From the NCBI GenBank assembly GCA_965200255.1, contig OZ241371.1, positions 2,187,288 to 2,251,287 on the forward strand: a stretch of DNA of 64,000 nucleotides, written 5' to 3'. Source of the DNA: Longimicrobiales bacterium (lineage in GTDB: Bacteria; Gemmatimonadota; Gemmatimonadetes; Longimicrobiales; Gaopeijiaceae). The notes beneath the pieces were generated by a model, which saw only the letters and a program-made list of their open reading frames with translations, was not told the DNA's origin and did no database searches. Positions 27,485-36,857 of this stretch are shown piece after piece (within the stretch, counting starts at the first letter, position 1; the number at the start of each line of letters is the position of its first letter). Made by a program: the position numbers and the translations under genes.

Positions 27485-30341
27485 CGCCAGCCCCCGCCAC
27501 CTCCGCCAGGAATCGCCCGGTGACGCTTTCCGGTACGGCGGCCACCTCTTCCGGCCTCCCCATGGCCACGATTTCGCCACCCCGCTCGCCCGCCCCCGGA
27601 CCCAGGTCGATCACCCAGTCCGCCGCCCGAATCACGTCGAGGTCGTGCTCGACCACGATCAGCGTGTTGCCGGCGGCCACCAGCTTGTGCAGCACCCTGA
27701 CGAGCTGGGCGACGTCTTCGCCCGACAGCCCTGTGGTCGGCTCGTCAAGCACGTACACCTTGCGTTTGCCCTTCCTGGAAGACGCGCCGATCAGCTCGCG
27801 CGCGATCTTGAGACGCTGTGCCTCGCCACCGGACAGATGCGTGGCGGGCTGCCCAAGCCGCAAATAGCCCAGCCCCACCCGTTGCAGCCGCCAGAGCGCT
27901 TTGCCGAGCCGCCGTTCGCGCACGAAGAACCGGATCGCGCGATCGACGGTAAACCCCAGCACGTCGGCCACGTTGTGGCCCCGCACCTCGACGGCGAGAA
28001 CCTCGGGTCGGTAGCGCTTGCCCGCGCAGATCTCGCACTGCACGTGAATGTCGGCCATGAACACCATCTCGACGCGAACGAATCCGGCGCCCTTGCATGC
28101 TTCGCAGCGACCTCCCTTTACGTTGAACGAGAAGCTGCGCATGTCGAGCCCGGCGGCGCGGGCGGCGGGTTGACTGGCAAAGATCCGCCGAATCTCGCCC
28201 CATGCGCTCACGTAGGTTACGGGATTGGAGCGGGGCGTTCGCCCGATCGGACTCTGGTCCACGAGCACCACGTCGTCAACGTAGTCCAGGCCGGTCAGGA
28301 ATCGATACGAGCCCACCTGGTCGCCAAGGTGCTCCTTTGCAGAGGTGCGGCCGTCTCCGAGCTCCCGCTCCAGGGCCCGGTAGAGGATATCGTGCACAAG
28401 CGTCGACTTGCCCGACCCCGAAACGCCCGTCACCACGGTCATTGCGCCAACGGGGAACCCTGCCGACACGCCGCGAAGATTGTGCAACGCCGCACCTTCG
28501 AGCCGGATGCGCGCGCCGTCAACCGGATTGCGCGGGGGCGCGACTCGCGCGACCGCGTCGCCCGGGGACGCCGACCCGGAGAGATACCGCCCCGTCGTCG
28601 TGTCGGCCTGGCCGAGCAGGGACGGCGAACCTTCGAACGTCACTTCGCCGCCGCGCTCCCCCGATCCTGGGCCCAGTTCCACGACGTGATCGGCCGCCCG
28701 GATCGCCGCGGCGTTGTGCTCCACCACGACGACCGTGTTTCCGGCGTCGCGCAGGCGCGCCAGCAAACCAAGCAAGGCGTCGATATCCTGGGGGTGCAGG
28801 CCGACCGACGGCTCGTCCAGCACATACAACGTGTCTACCAGCTTGGAACCCAGCGAGTTGGCCAGCGTAATCCGCTGCGCTTCTCCTCCCGACAGCGTCC
28901 GCATCTGCCGGCTCAGCGTGAGATACCCGAGTCCCACGTCAATCAGGAAGCGGACGCGCGCAGACAGCTCCATCAGAATCGTGTGAGCGATACGCGCTTC
29001 CATGGGCCTCAGGTCAAGGCGGTCGAGCCACGACGGGAGATCCTCGATCGGCAGTTCGCAGACTTGACCAATATGGCGATCGCCGACGGCAACGTAGCTC
29101 GCCTCGCGTCGCAGCCGCGAGCCACCGCAGTCCTTGCAGGGCATCGGTCGTTGGTATCGCCGCAGAAAGATGCGGATGTACTGCTTGTACCGCTTGCGCT
29201 CCTGTGAAGCCAGGAACTTCATGACGCCCCGGAACCTGCCCTTACCGTAGAGCACTGCGTGGCGGAATTCGCGGGGCAGGTCCTGCCAGGGCGTGTAGGG
29301 CGACACGCCCTGGTTTGACGCGAACCGCTGCAGGGCGGCGCGTTGCCGCTTGTAGCGAGGTTTCGACCAGGGATCGACCGCGCCCTCTTTGAGCGAGAAC
29401 TCCGGGTTTGGCGTGATCAGCGCGGGATCGTATTCCAGGGTTGCGCCGAAACCGGTGCAGGTGGGGCAGCTGCCGTAGGGGCTGTTGAACGAGAAGAGCT
29501 TGGGTTCGGGTTGCAGGAACGAGATTTCAGGATGGCGCGGGCAGCGAAACGCCTCGGAGAAGCGCAGGACTTGTGCAGGGGGCGTGCCCGCGGCGATGAC
29601 GACGGCTTCCCCTTCTCCCTCGCGAAAGCACGTCGTAAACGAGTCGGCCACCCGGTCGCGCCAGCTGCGGTCGGGCTTGTTTTCCACCTTGATTCGGTCC
29701 ACCACGACCGTAACGTCGCGGGCTTCGCTGAGATCGGGTACGGTAACGCCCGGCTGGGCTTCCGGGGCCAGCAAGTCCGAAACTCGGGCGGGCGCGCCGT
29801 CGGCCAGGACGCGCACGAAACCCAACGCGCGTAGGTTGGTGGCGATTAGTCGGTGCGACACGCTGTCGCTGCGGGTCAGCGGAAATCCGATCATGATTCG
29901 GGTGCCGGCCGGCAGGTTGGCCACCGCGTCGGCGGCGCTGGTCACCGAATCGGGACGCACTTCTTCGCCGCAATCGGGACAACGCGTGCGCCCCACGCGG
30001 GCAAAGAGAAGGCGCAGGAAGTCATGGACCTCGGTTGCGGTTCCCACGGTCGAGCGGCTTGACGTGGTCGGGCTGCGCTGTTCGATGGCCACGGCCGGCG
30101 AGAGCCCCTCGATCCGATCCACGTCGGGCTTCTGGAGACAGTCCAGAAACTGCTTGGCATACGTGGACACGGCTTCGACGTAGCGCCGTTGCCCCGCCGC
30201 GAAGAGCGTGTCGAGAGCCAGCGAGGACTTGCCCGAACCCGACGGCCCGGTGATGACCGTGAGCGCGTTGCGCGGCAAATCCAGGTTGATCCCCTTCAGG
30301 TTGTGCTGTCGCGCGCCCCTGATGCGAATCGGCTCGTCCAT
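27471..30341 (-). CDS. uvrA: excinuclease ABC subunit A (UvrA family)
   Basis: ITGPSGSGKSSLALDTLFAAGQRRYVE, LSGGEAQRITLA, VLDEPSVGLHPQD, a second ATPase module VTGVSGSGKSTL / LSGGEAQRLKIA / VLDEPTTGL, and zinc-finger cysteines. Start taken at MDEPIRIRG. Whether it is canonical UvrA or a paralogue was not resolved. Confidence 0.9.
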   Translation of the reverse strand: MDEPIRIRGARQHNLKGINLDLPRNALTVITGPSGSGKSSLALDTLFAAGQRRYVEAVSTYAKQFLDCLQKPDVDRIEGLSPAVAIEQRSPTTSSRSTVGTATEVHDFLRLLFARVGRTRCPDCGEEVRPDSVTSAADAVANLPAGTRIMIGFPLTRSDSVSHRLIATNLRALGFVRVLADGAPARVSDLLAPEAQPGVTVPDLSEARDVTVVVDRIKVENKPDRSWRDRVADSFTTCFREGEGEAVVIAAGTPPAQVLRFSEAFRCPRHPEISFLQPEPKLFSFNSPYGSCPTCTGFGATLEYDPALITPNPEFSLKEGAVDPWSKPRYKRQRAALQRFASNQGVSPYTPWQDLPREFRHAVLYGKGRFRGVMKFLASQERKRYKQYIRIFLRRYQRPMPCKDCGGSRLRREASYVAVGDRHIGQVCELPIEDLPSWLDRLDLRPMEARIAHTILMELSARVRFLIDVGLGYLTLSRQMRTLSGGEAQRITLANSLGSKLVDTLYVLDEPSVGLHPQDIDALLGLLARLRDAGNTVVVVEHNAAAIRAADHVVELGPGSGERGGEVTFEGSPSLLGQADTTTGRYLSGSASPGDAVARVAPPRNPVDGARIRLEGAALHNLRGVSAGFPVGAMTVVTGVSGSGKSTLVHDILYRALERELGDGRTSAKEHLGDQVGSYRFLTGLDYVDDVVLVDQSPIGRTPRSNPVTYVSAWGEIRRIFASQPAARAAGLDMRSFSFNVKGGRCEACKGAGFVRVEMVFMADIHVQCEICAGKRYRPEVLAVEVRGHNVADVLGFTVDRAIRFFVRERRLGKALWRLQRVGLGYLRLGQPATHLSGGEAQRLKIARELIGASSRKGKRKVYVLDEPTTGLSGEDVAQLVRVLHKLVAAGNTLIVVEHDLDVIRAADWVIDLGPGAGERGGEIVAMGRPEEVAAVPESVTGRFLAEVAGAGVDGR

Positions 30342-30414
30342 TAGATTTTCCCGACCCTGGAACGGCGTGACTTGCTCCACACCCCGACAATCTACCAAGA
30401 CCAGCGACCAACCC

Positions 30415-31482
30415 ATGGACATCTACCCTCGCACGGACTATCGCGGCCTTGACCGCTACCTGCCGGACCGATCGCCGATCAGCGCCGATCTGGGAGACAA
30501 TCGCAACCTCTGGGGGGCGCACCCGGCCGCGCTGGACGTGATGGCTGGCGCGGGCACGCGGGAAGCGTGCGAATACCCCGGCAGCTATTCGGAGCGTCTT
30601 GTGGACGCCGTGGCCGCGCGGCTCGGCATCGGCGCGGAACACGTGACCACGGGGGCGGGCGGAACGGGCGTGCTCGACGCGCTCATGCGGGCGGTAGCGC
30701 CCACCACCATGCGCTTTCTGGATCCCGGATGGCCCGCCGCGGGCATGCTGGCGACGATGAACGGGCACCGACCCGTCGCGGTGGAATGGCACGCGGCCAT
30801 GGCCGATCCGGTGGCCTTCGCCGGACCCGATCCCGCGATCGTGTTCGTGGCGAATCCCGGCAACCCCACCGGGCTGGCCATTCCCGACGATTGGATCCGC
30901 GCCGTCTGCGAGCATACCGAGGCGGTGGGAAGCGTGCTGATCATCGACGAAGCCTACGGGGAATACAATCGCGACGCGTCCGATACGACGCCCTTCGATT
31001 TGGCCCTGGGCGGCGAACGCACGATCTGCGTCAAGACCCTGTCGAAGGCCTACGGGCTGGCGGGGCTCCGGGCCGGATACGGTGTTGCCCACCCGTCGCT
31101 CGCACTCGAAGTGGACAAGGCGCGCGGTCCGTTCGTCGTGTCGGGGCTGACTTCGGCGGCGGCCGCGGCGGCGATCGCGAGCGATTCTTCCTGGTTGGCG
31201 GACACGGTCGCCGAGACGCGCGTGAATCGCAGCTGCGTGCAAGAGTGCCTGCGTTACCGGGGCTACGAGGTGCCGGAATCGGCGGCCAACTTCGTCTTCA
31301 TCCTGCGTCCCGAGCCGGAACTCGCCGACATGACGCAGAAGCTGGAGCGCTGCGGCGTGCGGGTGCGGCCGTTCTCGGGGCCGACCGCGTTGGCCAACGG
31401 GCTGCGGGCCACGGTGGGCCCCTGGGACAAGATGCAGCGGCTGCTGGAGGGGCTCGACCGGATCGCCGCGGGGAACATTTGA
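30415..31482 (+). CDS. class I/II aminotransferase (histidinol-phosphate aminotransferase-like)
   Basis: Distal part of ORF 30208..31482, from ATG 30415: NPGNPTG, LIIDEAYGEY, TLSKAYGLAGLRAGY (PLP lysine). Confidence 0.8.
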   Translation: MDIYPRTDYRGLDRYLPDRSPISADLGDNRNLWGAHPAALDVMAGAGTREACEYPGSYSERLVDAVAARLGIGAEHVTTGAGGTGVLDALMRAVAPTTMRFLDPGWPAAGMLATMNGHRPVAVEWHAAMADPVAFAGPDPAIVFVANPGNPTGLAIPDDWIRAVCEHTEAVGSVLIIDEAYGEYNRDASDTTPFDLALGGERTICVKTLSKAYGLAGLRAGYGVAHPSLALEVDKARGPFVVSGLTSAAAAAAIASDSSWLADTVAETRVNRSCVQECLRYRGYEVPESAANFVFILRPEPELADMTQKLERCGVRVRPFSGPTALANGLRATVGPWDKMQRLLEGLDRIAAGNI

Positions 31483-31507
31483 CAGTGTACGGCAAGGGCG
31501 GCTAGCA

Positions 31508-33277
31508 GTGTACGAAGAGGAGGTACTCGGCAAGGCGTACGACGCGCGGCTCATGGCCCGTCTGCTGCGCTACGTGCGGCCGTACAAGCTGCAAGTGGGG
31601 GGCGCTCTGCTCCTCCTCATGCTGGCGGCGCTGCTGGCCGTGGTTGGCCCCTACCTCACCAAGATCGCCCTCGACGAGGCCATTCCAAGCGGCGATGGTC
31701 GCCAGCTCGCCTTCCTCGCCATTCTATTCCTGGCGACGACAGTGCTCATCTTCGTCTTTCAATATGCGCAAGCGCTCGTCACGACCTGGCTGGGACAGCG
31801 CGTCGTGTACGATTTGCGCACCCAGATCTTCCGCAAGTTGCAACAGCTGGACCTCGCGTTCTACGATCGCAATCCCGTGGGCCGTCTCATGACCCGGATC
31901 ACCTCGGACGTGGAGACGCTCAACGAGCTGTTCAGTTCCGGCGTGGTTACGGTTTTCGGCGACCTCTTCATTCTCATTTTCATTGTGGCGGCCATGCTGC
32001 AAATGGACGCCGAGCTCGCCCTGGTCACCTTCAGCGTGCTTCCCTTCGTGGTTTACGCAGCGTTCCTGTTCAGGTCGAAAATCCGATCCGCGTATCGCGA
32101 CATTCGGGTGCGCCTGGCCCGCTTGAACGCGTTCTTGCAGGAGCGCTTCACCGGAATTCGGGTCGTGCAGCTCTTCAATCGCGAAGACGCCGACGTTGAA
32201 CGCTTCAAGGCCCTCGACGACGACTACCTTCATGCGCACCTTCGCTCGATTACCTACTACGCACTGTTCTTCCCAATCATCCAGCTGTTTACCGCGATTG
32301 CGCTGGCCCTGATCATCTGGTACGGCGGCGGGGCCATGATTCAGGGCGCGGTAACAATCGGCGTACTCGCGGCGTTCCTCGACTATGCTCGCAGCTTCTT
32401 CCGTCCCATTCAGGATCTCTCGGAAAAATACAATCTATTGCAAGGCGCAATGGCGTCGTCCGAGCGCATCTTCCGGCTCCTGGACCGCCAACCGCAAATC
32501 ACGGAATCCTCGGCGCCGCGGGCTCTGCCGACGGGTGCTGGCGGCGAAATTCGCTTCGAAAACGTCTGGTTCGCCTACCGGGAGCGCGACTGGGTCATCC
32601 GCGATCTTTCCTTCACCGTAGCCCCCGGCGAGAAGTTGGCCATAGTCGGTCACACTGGCGCCGGCAAGACCACAATCATTAATCTGTTGATGAGATTCTA
32701 CGAGCCGCAACGGGGGCGCATTCTTGTGGACGGCGTGCCGATCGAGAAGGTGCGCCTGCGGGATTTGCGCACCCGAATCGGCCTCGTGCTCCAGGACATC
32801 TTCCTCTTCAGCCAGTCCGTGGAATACAACGTCAAACTCGGATCGTCCACAATCGACGCGCACGCCGTGTCGTCGGCGCTGGAGGCGGTTGGCGCCGCCC
32901 CCTTCGTGGCGCGGCTGCCTCAGGGAACCGATCAACCTCTCGAAGAACGGGGCGCCAGCTTGTCGGTCGGCGAACGGCAGCTCCTTTCCTTCGCCCGCGC
33001 CCTGGCCTTCGACCCCGCCATTCTGGTACTGGACGAAGCCACCAGCTCGGTCGATTCCGAGATCGAAGCCCGCATCGAAGAGGCCACCAGTCGCCTGATG
33101 CGAGGCCGCACCTCGCTGGTGATCGCTCACCGGCTGTCCACGGTGCGGGGCGCCGACCGGATCCTCGTCATGCACCATGGACGCCTCGTCGAAGAAGGCA
33201 GCCACGACGACCTTCTGGCCAGCGAAGGCGTCTATCGCCGCCTGCACGAGCTCCAGTTCGCGGGGGCTGCGGCGTGA
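31508..33277 (+). CDS. ABC exporter, fused permease/ATPase (MsbA-like)
   Basis: Six-TM N-terminal half, Walker A GHTGAGKTT, signature LSVGERQLLSFARAL, Walker B ILVLDEATS. Confidence 0.9.
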   Translation: MYEEEVLGKAYDARLMARLLRYVRPYKLQVGGALLLLMLAALLAVVGPYLTKIALDEAIPSGDGRQLAFLAILFLATTVLIFVFQYAQALVTTWLGQRVVYDLRTQIFRKLQQLDLAFYDRNPVGRLMTRITSDVETLNELFSSGVVTVFGDLFILIFIVAAMLQMDAELALVTFSVLPFVVYAAFLFRSKIRSAYRDIRVRLARLNAFLQERFTGIRVVQLFNREDADVERFKALDDDYLHAHLRSITYYALFFPIIQLFTAIALALIIWYGGGAMIQGAVTIGVLAAFLDYARSFFRPIQDLSEKYNLLQGAMASSERIFRLLDRQPQITESSAPRALPTGAGGEIRFENVWFAYRERDWVIRDLSFTVAPGEKLAIVGHTGAGKTTIINLLMRFYEPQRGRILVDGVPIEKVRLRDLRTRIGLVLQDIFLFSQSVEYNVKLGSSTIDAHAVSSALEAVGAAPFVARLPQGTDQPLEERGASLSVGERQLLSFARALAFDPAILVLDEATSSVDSEIEARIEEATSRLMRGRTSLVIAHRLSTVRGADRILVMHHGRLVEEGSHDDLLASEGVYRRLHELQFAGAAA

Positions 33278-33690
33278 CCAAGCCGAAACCCAGGCTGCTC
33301 AGCGGCGGAAACCCACAAATCGCAAAGGCCGATGGAGACGCCCCCGTGCAAGCCTACATCGCGGCCATGCCGGGTTGGAAGCGGGCCGCCGGACGCCGCC
33401 TGGACAAGCTGATCGTGGCAACCGTGCCCAACGCGCGCAAAGCCGTGCGGTGGAACTCGCCCTTCTACGGAGTCGCAGGGCAGGGCTGGTTCATCAGCTA
33501 CCACTGTTTCACCAGGTACATCAAGGTCACGTTCTTCCGCGGGACCTCGCTTGACCCCGTGCCTCCGGTAGCGTCCAAGCACGACGAAGTGCGCTACTTC
33601 CACATTCACGAAGACGACCCGTTCGACGAAGATCTGCTGGCAAACTGGATTCGGCAGGCGGCGGCGCTCCCGGGTGAGCGGTTGTTCTAG
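33274..33690 (+). CDS. DUF1801 (YdhG-like) domain protein
   Basis: 138 aa: KAVRWNSPFYGV..GWFISYHCFTRYIKVTFFRG. GTGA overlap with the ABC gene stop. Confidence 0.7.
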   Translation: MTKPKPRLLSGGNPQIAKADGDAPVQAYIAAMPGWKRAAGRRLDKLIVATVPNARKAVRWNSPFYGVAGQGWFISYHCFTRYIKVTFFRGTSLDPVPPVASKHDEVRYFHIHEDDPFDEDLLANWIRQAAALPGERLF

Positions 33691-33721
33691 CCACCCGCCA
33701 GGGCAGACCACGGACGGGCTG

Positions 33722-34486
33722 CTACGTCGGCTGGTCCAGCGGCCTCACCAGCACCTCGCTCACCGCAACATGCGACGGCGCGGTCACCGCGTAAATCACC
33801 GCGCGGGCCACGTCCTCGGCCTGCAGCGCCCGCTTGTCGGCCCAGCGCGCCGCCCACGCGTCGCGCGCCGCCGGGTCCGGCAGCGTGTCGATCAGCTCGG
33901 TGTCGACGTACCCCGGCTGGATGTCGGTGGCGCGGATGCCGTGCTCGGCGCCGAGCTCCAGGTGCAGGCCCCACGACAGGCATCGCACCGCAAACTTGGT
34001 CGCGGCGTAGACGGTGCCGCCGGGGAATGGTCGCCGACCGGCCACCGATCCCACATTGACGATATGCCCGCTCCCTCGTTCGAGCAGGTGGGGTAGCGTC
34101 GCGGCGATGCCGTGCAGCACGCCGTTCACGTTCACGTCGACCATGCGCGTCCAGTCCTCGACGCGGGCCTCGGTCAGTGGCGACAGCGGCATGATCCCGG
34201 CGTTGTTCACCAGGATGTCCAAGCGCCCGAAGGCCTCGACAGTCGCAGCCACCAGTGCCTGCACGTCGGCGAGTCTGGTGACGTCGGTCGGCACCGCGAT
34301 GACCCGCGCACCCATCGCTTCCAGCTTGCGCGCGTCCGCTTCCAGGCGGTCGCGACGGCGCGCCGCAAGCGCGACTGCCGCGCCTTCCTCGGCCAAGGCC
34401 CATGCCACGGCCCTGCCAATCCCCGACGACGCGCCGGTGATTACGGCTGCTTTTCCAGCCAATCGATTGCCCGTTGTATGTTCCAC
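33722..34486 (-). CDS. short-chain dehydrogenase/reductase
   Basis: KAAVITGASSGIGRAVA, NNAG, YAATKFAV. A GTG start at 34486 is proposed (AAGGAAG 8 nt upstream). The longer ORF to 34594 is unlikely to be real. Confidence 0.85.
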   Translation of the reverse strand: MEHTTGNRLAGKAAVITGASSGIGRAVAWALAEEGAAVALAARRRDRLEADARKLEAMGARVIAVPTDVTRLADVQALVAATVEAFGRLDILVNNAGIMPLSPLTEARVEDWTRMVDVNVNGVLHGIAATLPHLLERGSGHIVNVGSVAGRRPFPGGTVYAATKFAVRCLSWGLHLELGAEHGIRATDIQPGYVDTELIDTLPDPAARDAWAARWADKRALQAEDVARAVIYAVTAPSHVAVSEVLVRPLDQPT

Positions 34487-34593
34487 GATCTCCACTTCCT
34501 TGTTTGGTGTACTGGCGGCGGACCGCCCTTTGGTGAAACTTTGATGATCGCAGGATTCAGCCCGCAGCTCTAGCCCTCGATACGGATCACCCA

Positions 34594-35904
34594 TTGAACA
34601 AGCCCGACCTGTCCAGCCTACTCCCGCGTGGCCCCCGTACCACTCGGCGCAGACCAGGCGGCGCTCGCCCGAAACGAGTCGCCAAGGTCAACTACGAAGC
34701 GCGCATCAGAGCCGACGCGTCCCTGGCCGACCTCGACCTGGAGCTCGCTGCATCGTTCTTCCGCGACACGCCCGCGGGCAATAAGCCCGTGCTGGACGCG
34801 CTGCAAGATTACGGGCTCGTCAAGGGCGCAGCGCCGAACTGGAAGATCACGAATGCAGCCTTGCTGCTCTTTGCCGGGACATCGGCGCGCCACTGGAATC
34901 CGGGCGCCGGCATCCGGGTGATGCGCGTCGCGGGCACGGCCCGAATCCACGGCCACCGCCAGAGCGTCACCTGGATGGCCTACGCGGGGCCGCCCCTGGC
35001 AAGCGCAACCCCCGAAGGGTTTCGGCTCGTCGCGGGACAGGTCGGCACTTCGGAGCCTCTTCGGCACATCTTCTTCCGCCCCGTTCCCGAGTATCCTGAG
35101 GTCGCCTGGCGGGAGATTCTGATCAACGCGGTTGCGCACCGCGAATATGACGGGATCGCCGAGACCGAAATCGTGTTCTATGACGATCGGGTCGAGGTGA
35201 CGAATCCAGGGATCCCTCTCGAGCCGTTCACCGTCGACGACGTCACGCAGGGGAATGTGGTCGCGAAGGCGCGGAATCCCGTGCTGAGCAGGATCATGGG
35301 CGACAAGGGCCTGATGCGGGGCACCGCAACCGGCTTGGTGCGCGTGTGCAAAGCGCTGTCAAGCACGCTGCTCGACGAACCCGAGTTTTCGGCGAACGCC
35401 GGGCGTTTCACCGTCACCCTGCGCAACAAGCCCCAGTTCGCCACCGCCGGACCGGGTTGGGCCTGGGTGGTCAGCAGGCTGCCGGTGAATCGGGAGCAGA
35501 CTCGCATTCTGCTGGCCTGTCCGGACGGTTTCACCGAAGACGAATACGTGCGACTGAATCTGGTCCCTGTGGACGAGGCCCGGAGGCATGTCCAGCAGCT
35601 GGTGGACAAGGACATCGTTTGGCCGGAGCTGGTAGACGACGTGGACGACATCGTCTATTACCTGTCCGCGAACCTGGACGCGCAGCGGTGGTTTCTGGAA
35701 GACCGTGTTCCGAAGCTTCAGGAGCATTTTCGGGATCGCTCGCGACTGCGGTATAGGGACTACCGTGCGCTCTTCGAGACCAGCTATCCCGCTACGAAGC
35801 GGGAGCTCGAGGATTTGGCCAACGAAGGATTCCTCAATCGCGCGGGCCGGGGACGCGCAACGCACTACCTGCCGACTGCAGCGCTCCGCAAGTCAAGAAA
35901 CTGA
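34594..35904 (+). CDS. COG2865-type ATP-binding/putative transcriptional regulator (HATPase_c_4-like) lacking the usual N-terminal AlbA_2 domain
   Basis: WREILINAVAHREYD...VEVTNPG...ARNPVLSRIM motifs, as in RecG-like/Schlafen-associated regulators. The C-terminal ~150 aa look wHTH-like. TTG start, uncertain. Confidence 0.6.
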   Translation: MNKPDLSSLLPRGPRTTRRRPGGARPKRVAKVNYEARIRADASLADLDLELAASFFRDTPAGNKPVLDALQDYGLVKGAAPNWKITNAALLLFAGTSARHWNPGAGIRVMRVAGTARIHGHRQSVTWMAYAGPPLASATPEGFRLVAGQVGTSEPLRHIFFRPVPEYPEVAWREILINAVAHREYDGIAETEIVFYDDRVEVTNPGIPLEPFTVDDVTQGNVVAKARNPVLSRIMGDKGLMRGTATGLVRVCKALSSTLLDEPEFSANAGRFTVTLRNKPQFATAGPGWAWVVSRLPVNREQTRILLACPDGFTEDEYVRLNLVPVDEARRHVQQLVDKDIVWPELVDDVDDIVYYLSANLDAQRWFLEDRVPKLQEHFRDRSRLRYRDYRALFETSYPATKRELEDLANEGFLNRAGRGRATHYLPTAALRKSRN

Positions 35905-35970
35905 TGGATCCGGCGCGCTCCCGCGTAGTTCAGAGGTCGGACGACACTCACTAATGGAAAGGAAGAAACA

Positions 35971-36857
35971 ATGGGTTTTCTGGCAATTGCCGCAGTTTTG
36001 ATCGTGATCGGCGGGGTGGTGTGGACCATTCCGTCGCGGAGCACCAAGGTGCCCAACAAGCTGGCGGGCATGGCCATCATGGTCGTAGGGCTGATTCTGG
36101 TGGTCATGAACACGGTGGTCGTCGTGCGCGTGGGCGAGGTGGGCGTGCAGCACTTCCTCGGCAACGTGTCCGCGCGACCCCTCGAGGCCGGGGTGAACGT
36201 GATCAACCCGCTGGCCAGCGTGGAACGCATGTCGGTGCGAGAACAGTCGTTCCCCCCGCAGGGCGGTGTGGAACAGATTGAGGCGCAGACGTCCGAGCAG
36301 CTCAACGTGGCGCTCGAGGTGTCGATCCTCTTCCGGATAAACGGGGGCAACGCGCCGAGCCTCTACGAGGGAATCGGCTCCGAAACGGTGATCAAGAATC
36401 AGATCGTGCTCAACGCGGTCAGGAACGGCGTCCGCGACGCGGTGGCGACCAAGTCGATCAACGAGATCTTCTCGCCGACCGGCGCGACGTGGCCGAAGCC
36501 ATGAAGACCGAGATCCAGGCCAAGGCGGGCGACCGGATCGAGGTCCTGGACGTGTTTGTGCGCGATATCCAGGCACCCCCGCGCGTTCGCGAGGCGATTG
36601 AGCAGAAGCTCGAACGCGAACAGCAGGTCGCCGCGGAAGAGTTCCAGACGCAGATCATCCAGGAACGGGCGCGACAGCAGGCCGAAGAGGCGAAGGGAAT
36701 CGCAGAGGCCCAGCGGATCATTTCCGAGGGGCTGACGCAGGAATACCTGACGTTCTTCTACATCGAGCAGCTGGCGCAGATGCCGGAAGGATCGCTGGTC
36801 TACGTGCCCACCGAGGGAGGGATCCCGCTGATCAGGAATCTCGGCGGGGGCAGGTGA
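35971..36857 (+). pseudogene. SPFH/prohibitin (band 7) family protein split by a 1-nt frameshift near 36472-36476
   Basis: ORF 35971..36504 holds the N-terminal TM plus SPFH core (VVVRVGEVGVQHF...) and ends ...INEIFS. The alternative frame continues ADRRDVAEAMKTEIQAK...DIQAPPRVREAIEQKLEREQQ (ORF 36489..36857). This could be an assembly indel. Confidence 0.7.
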
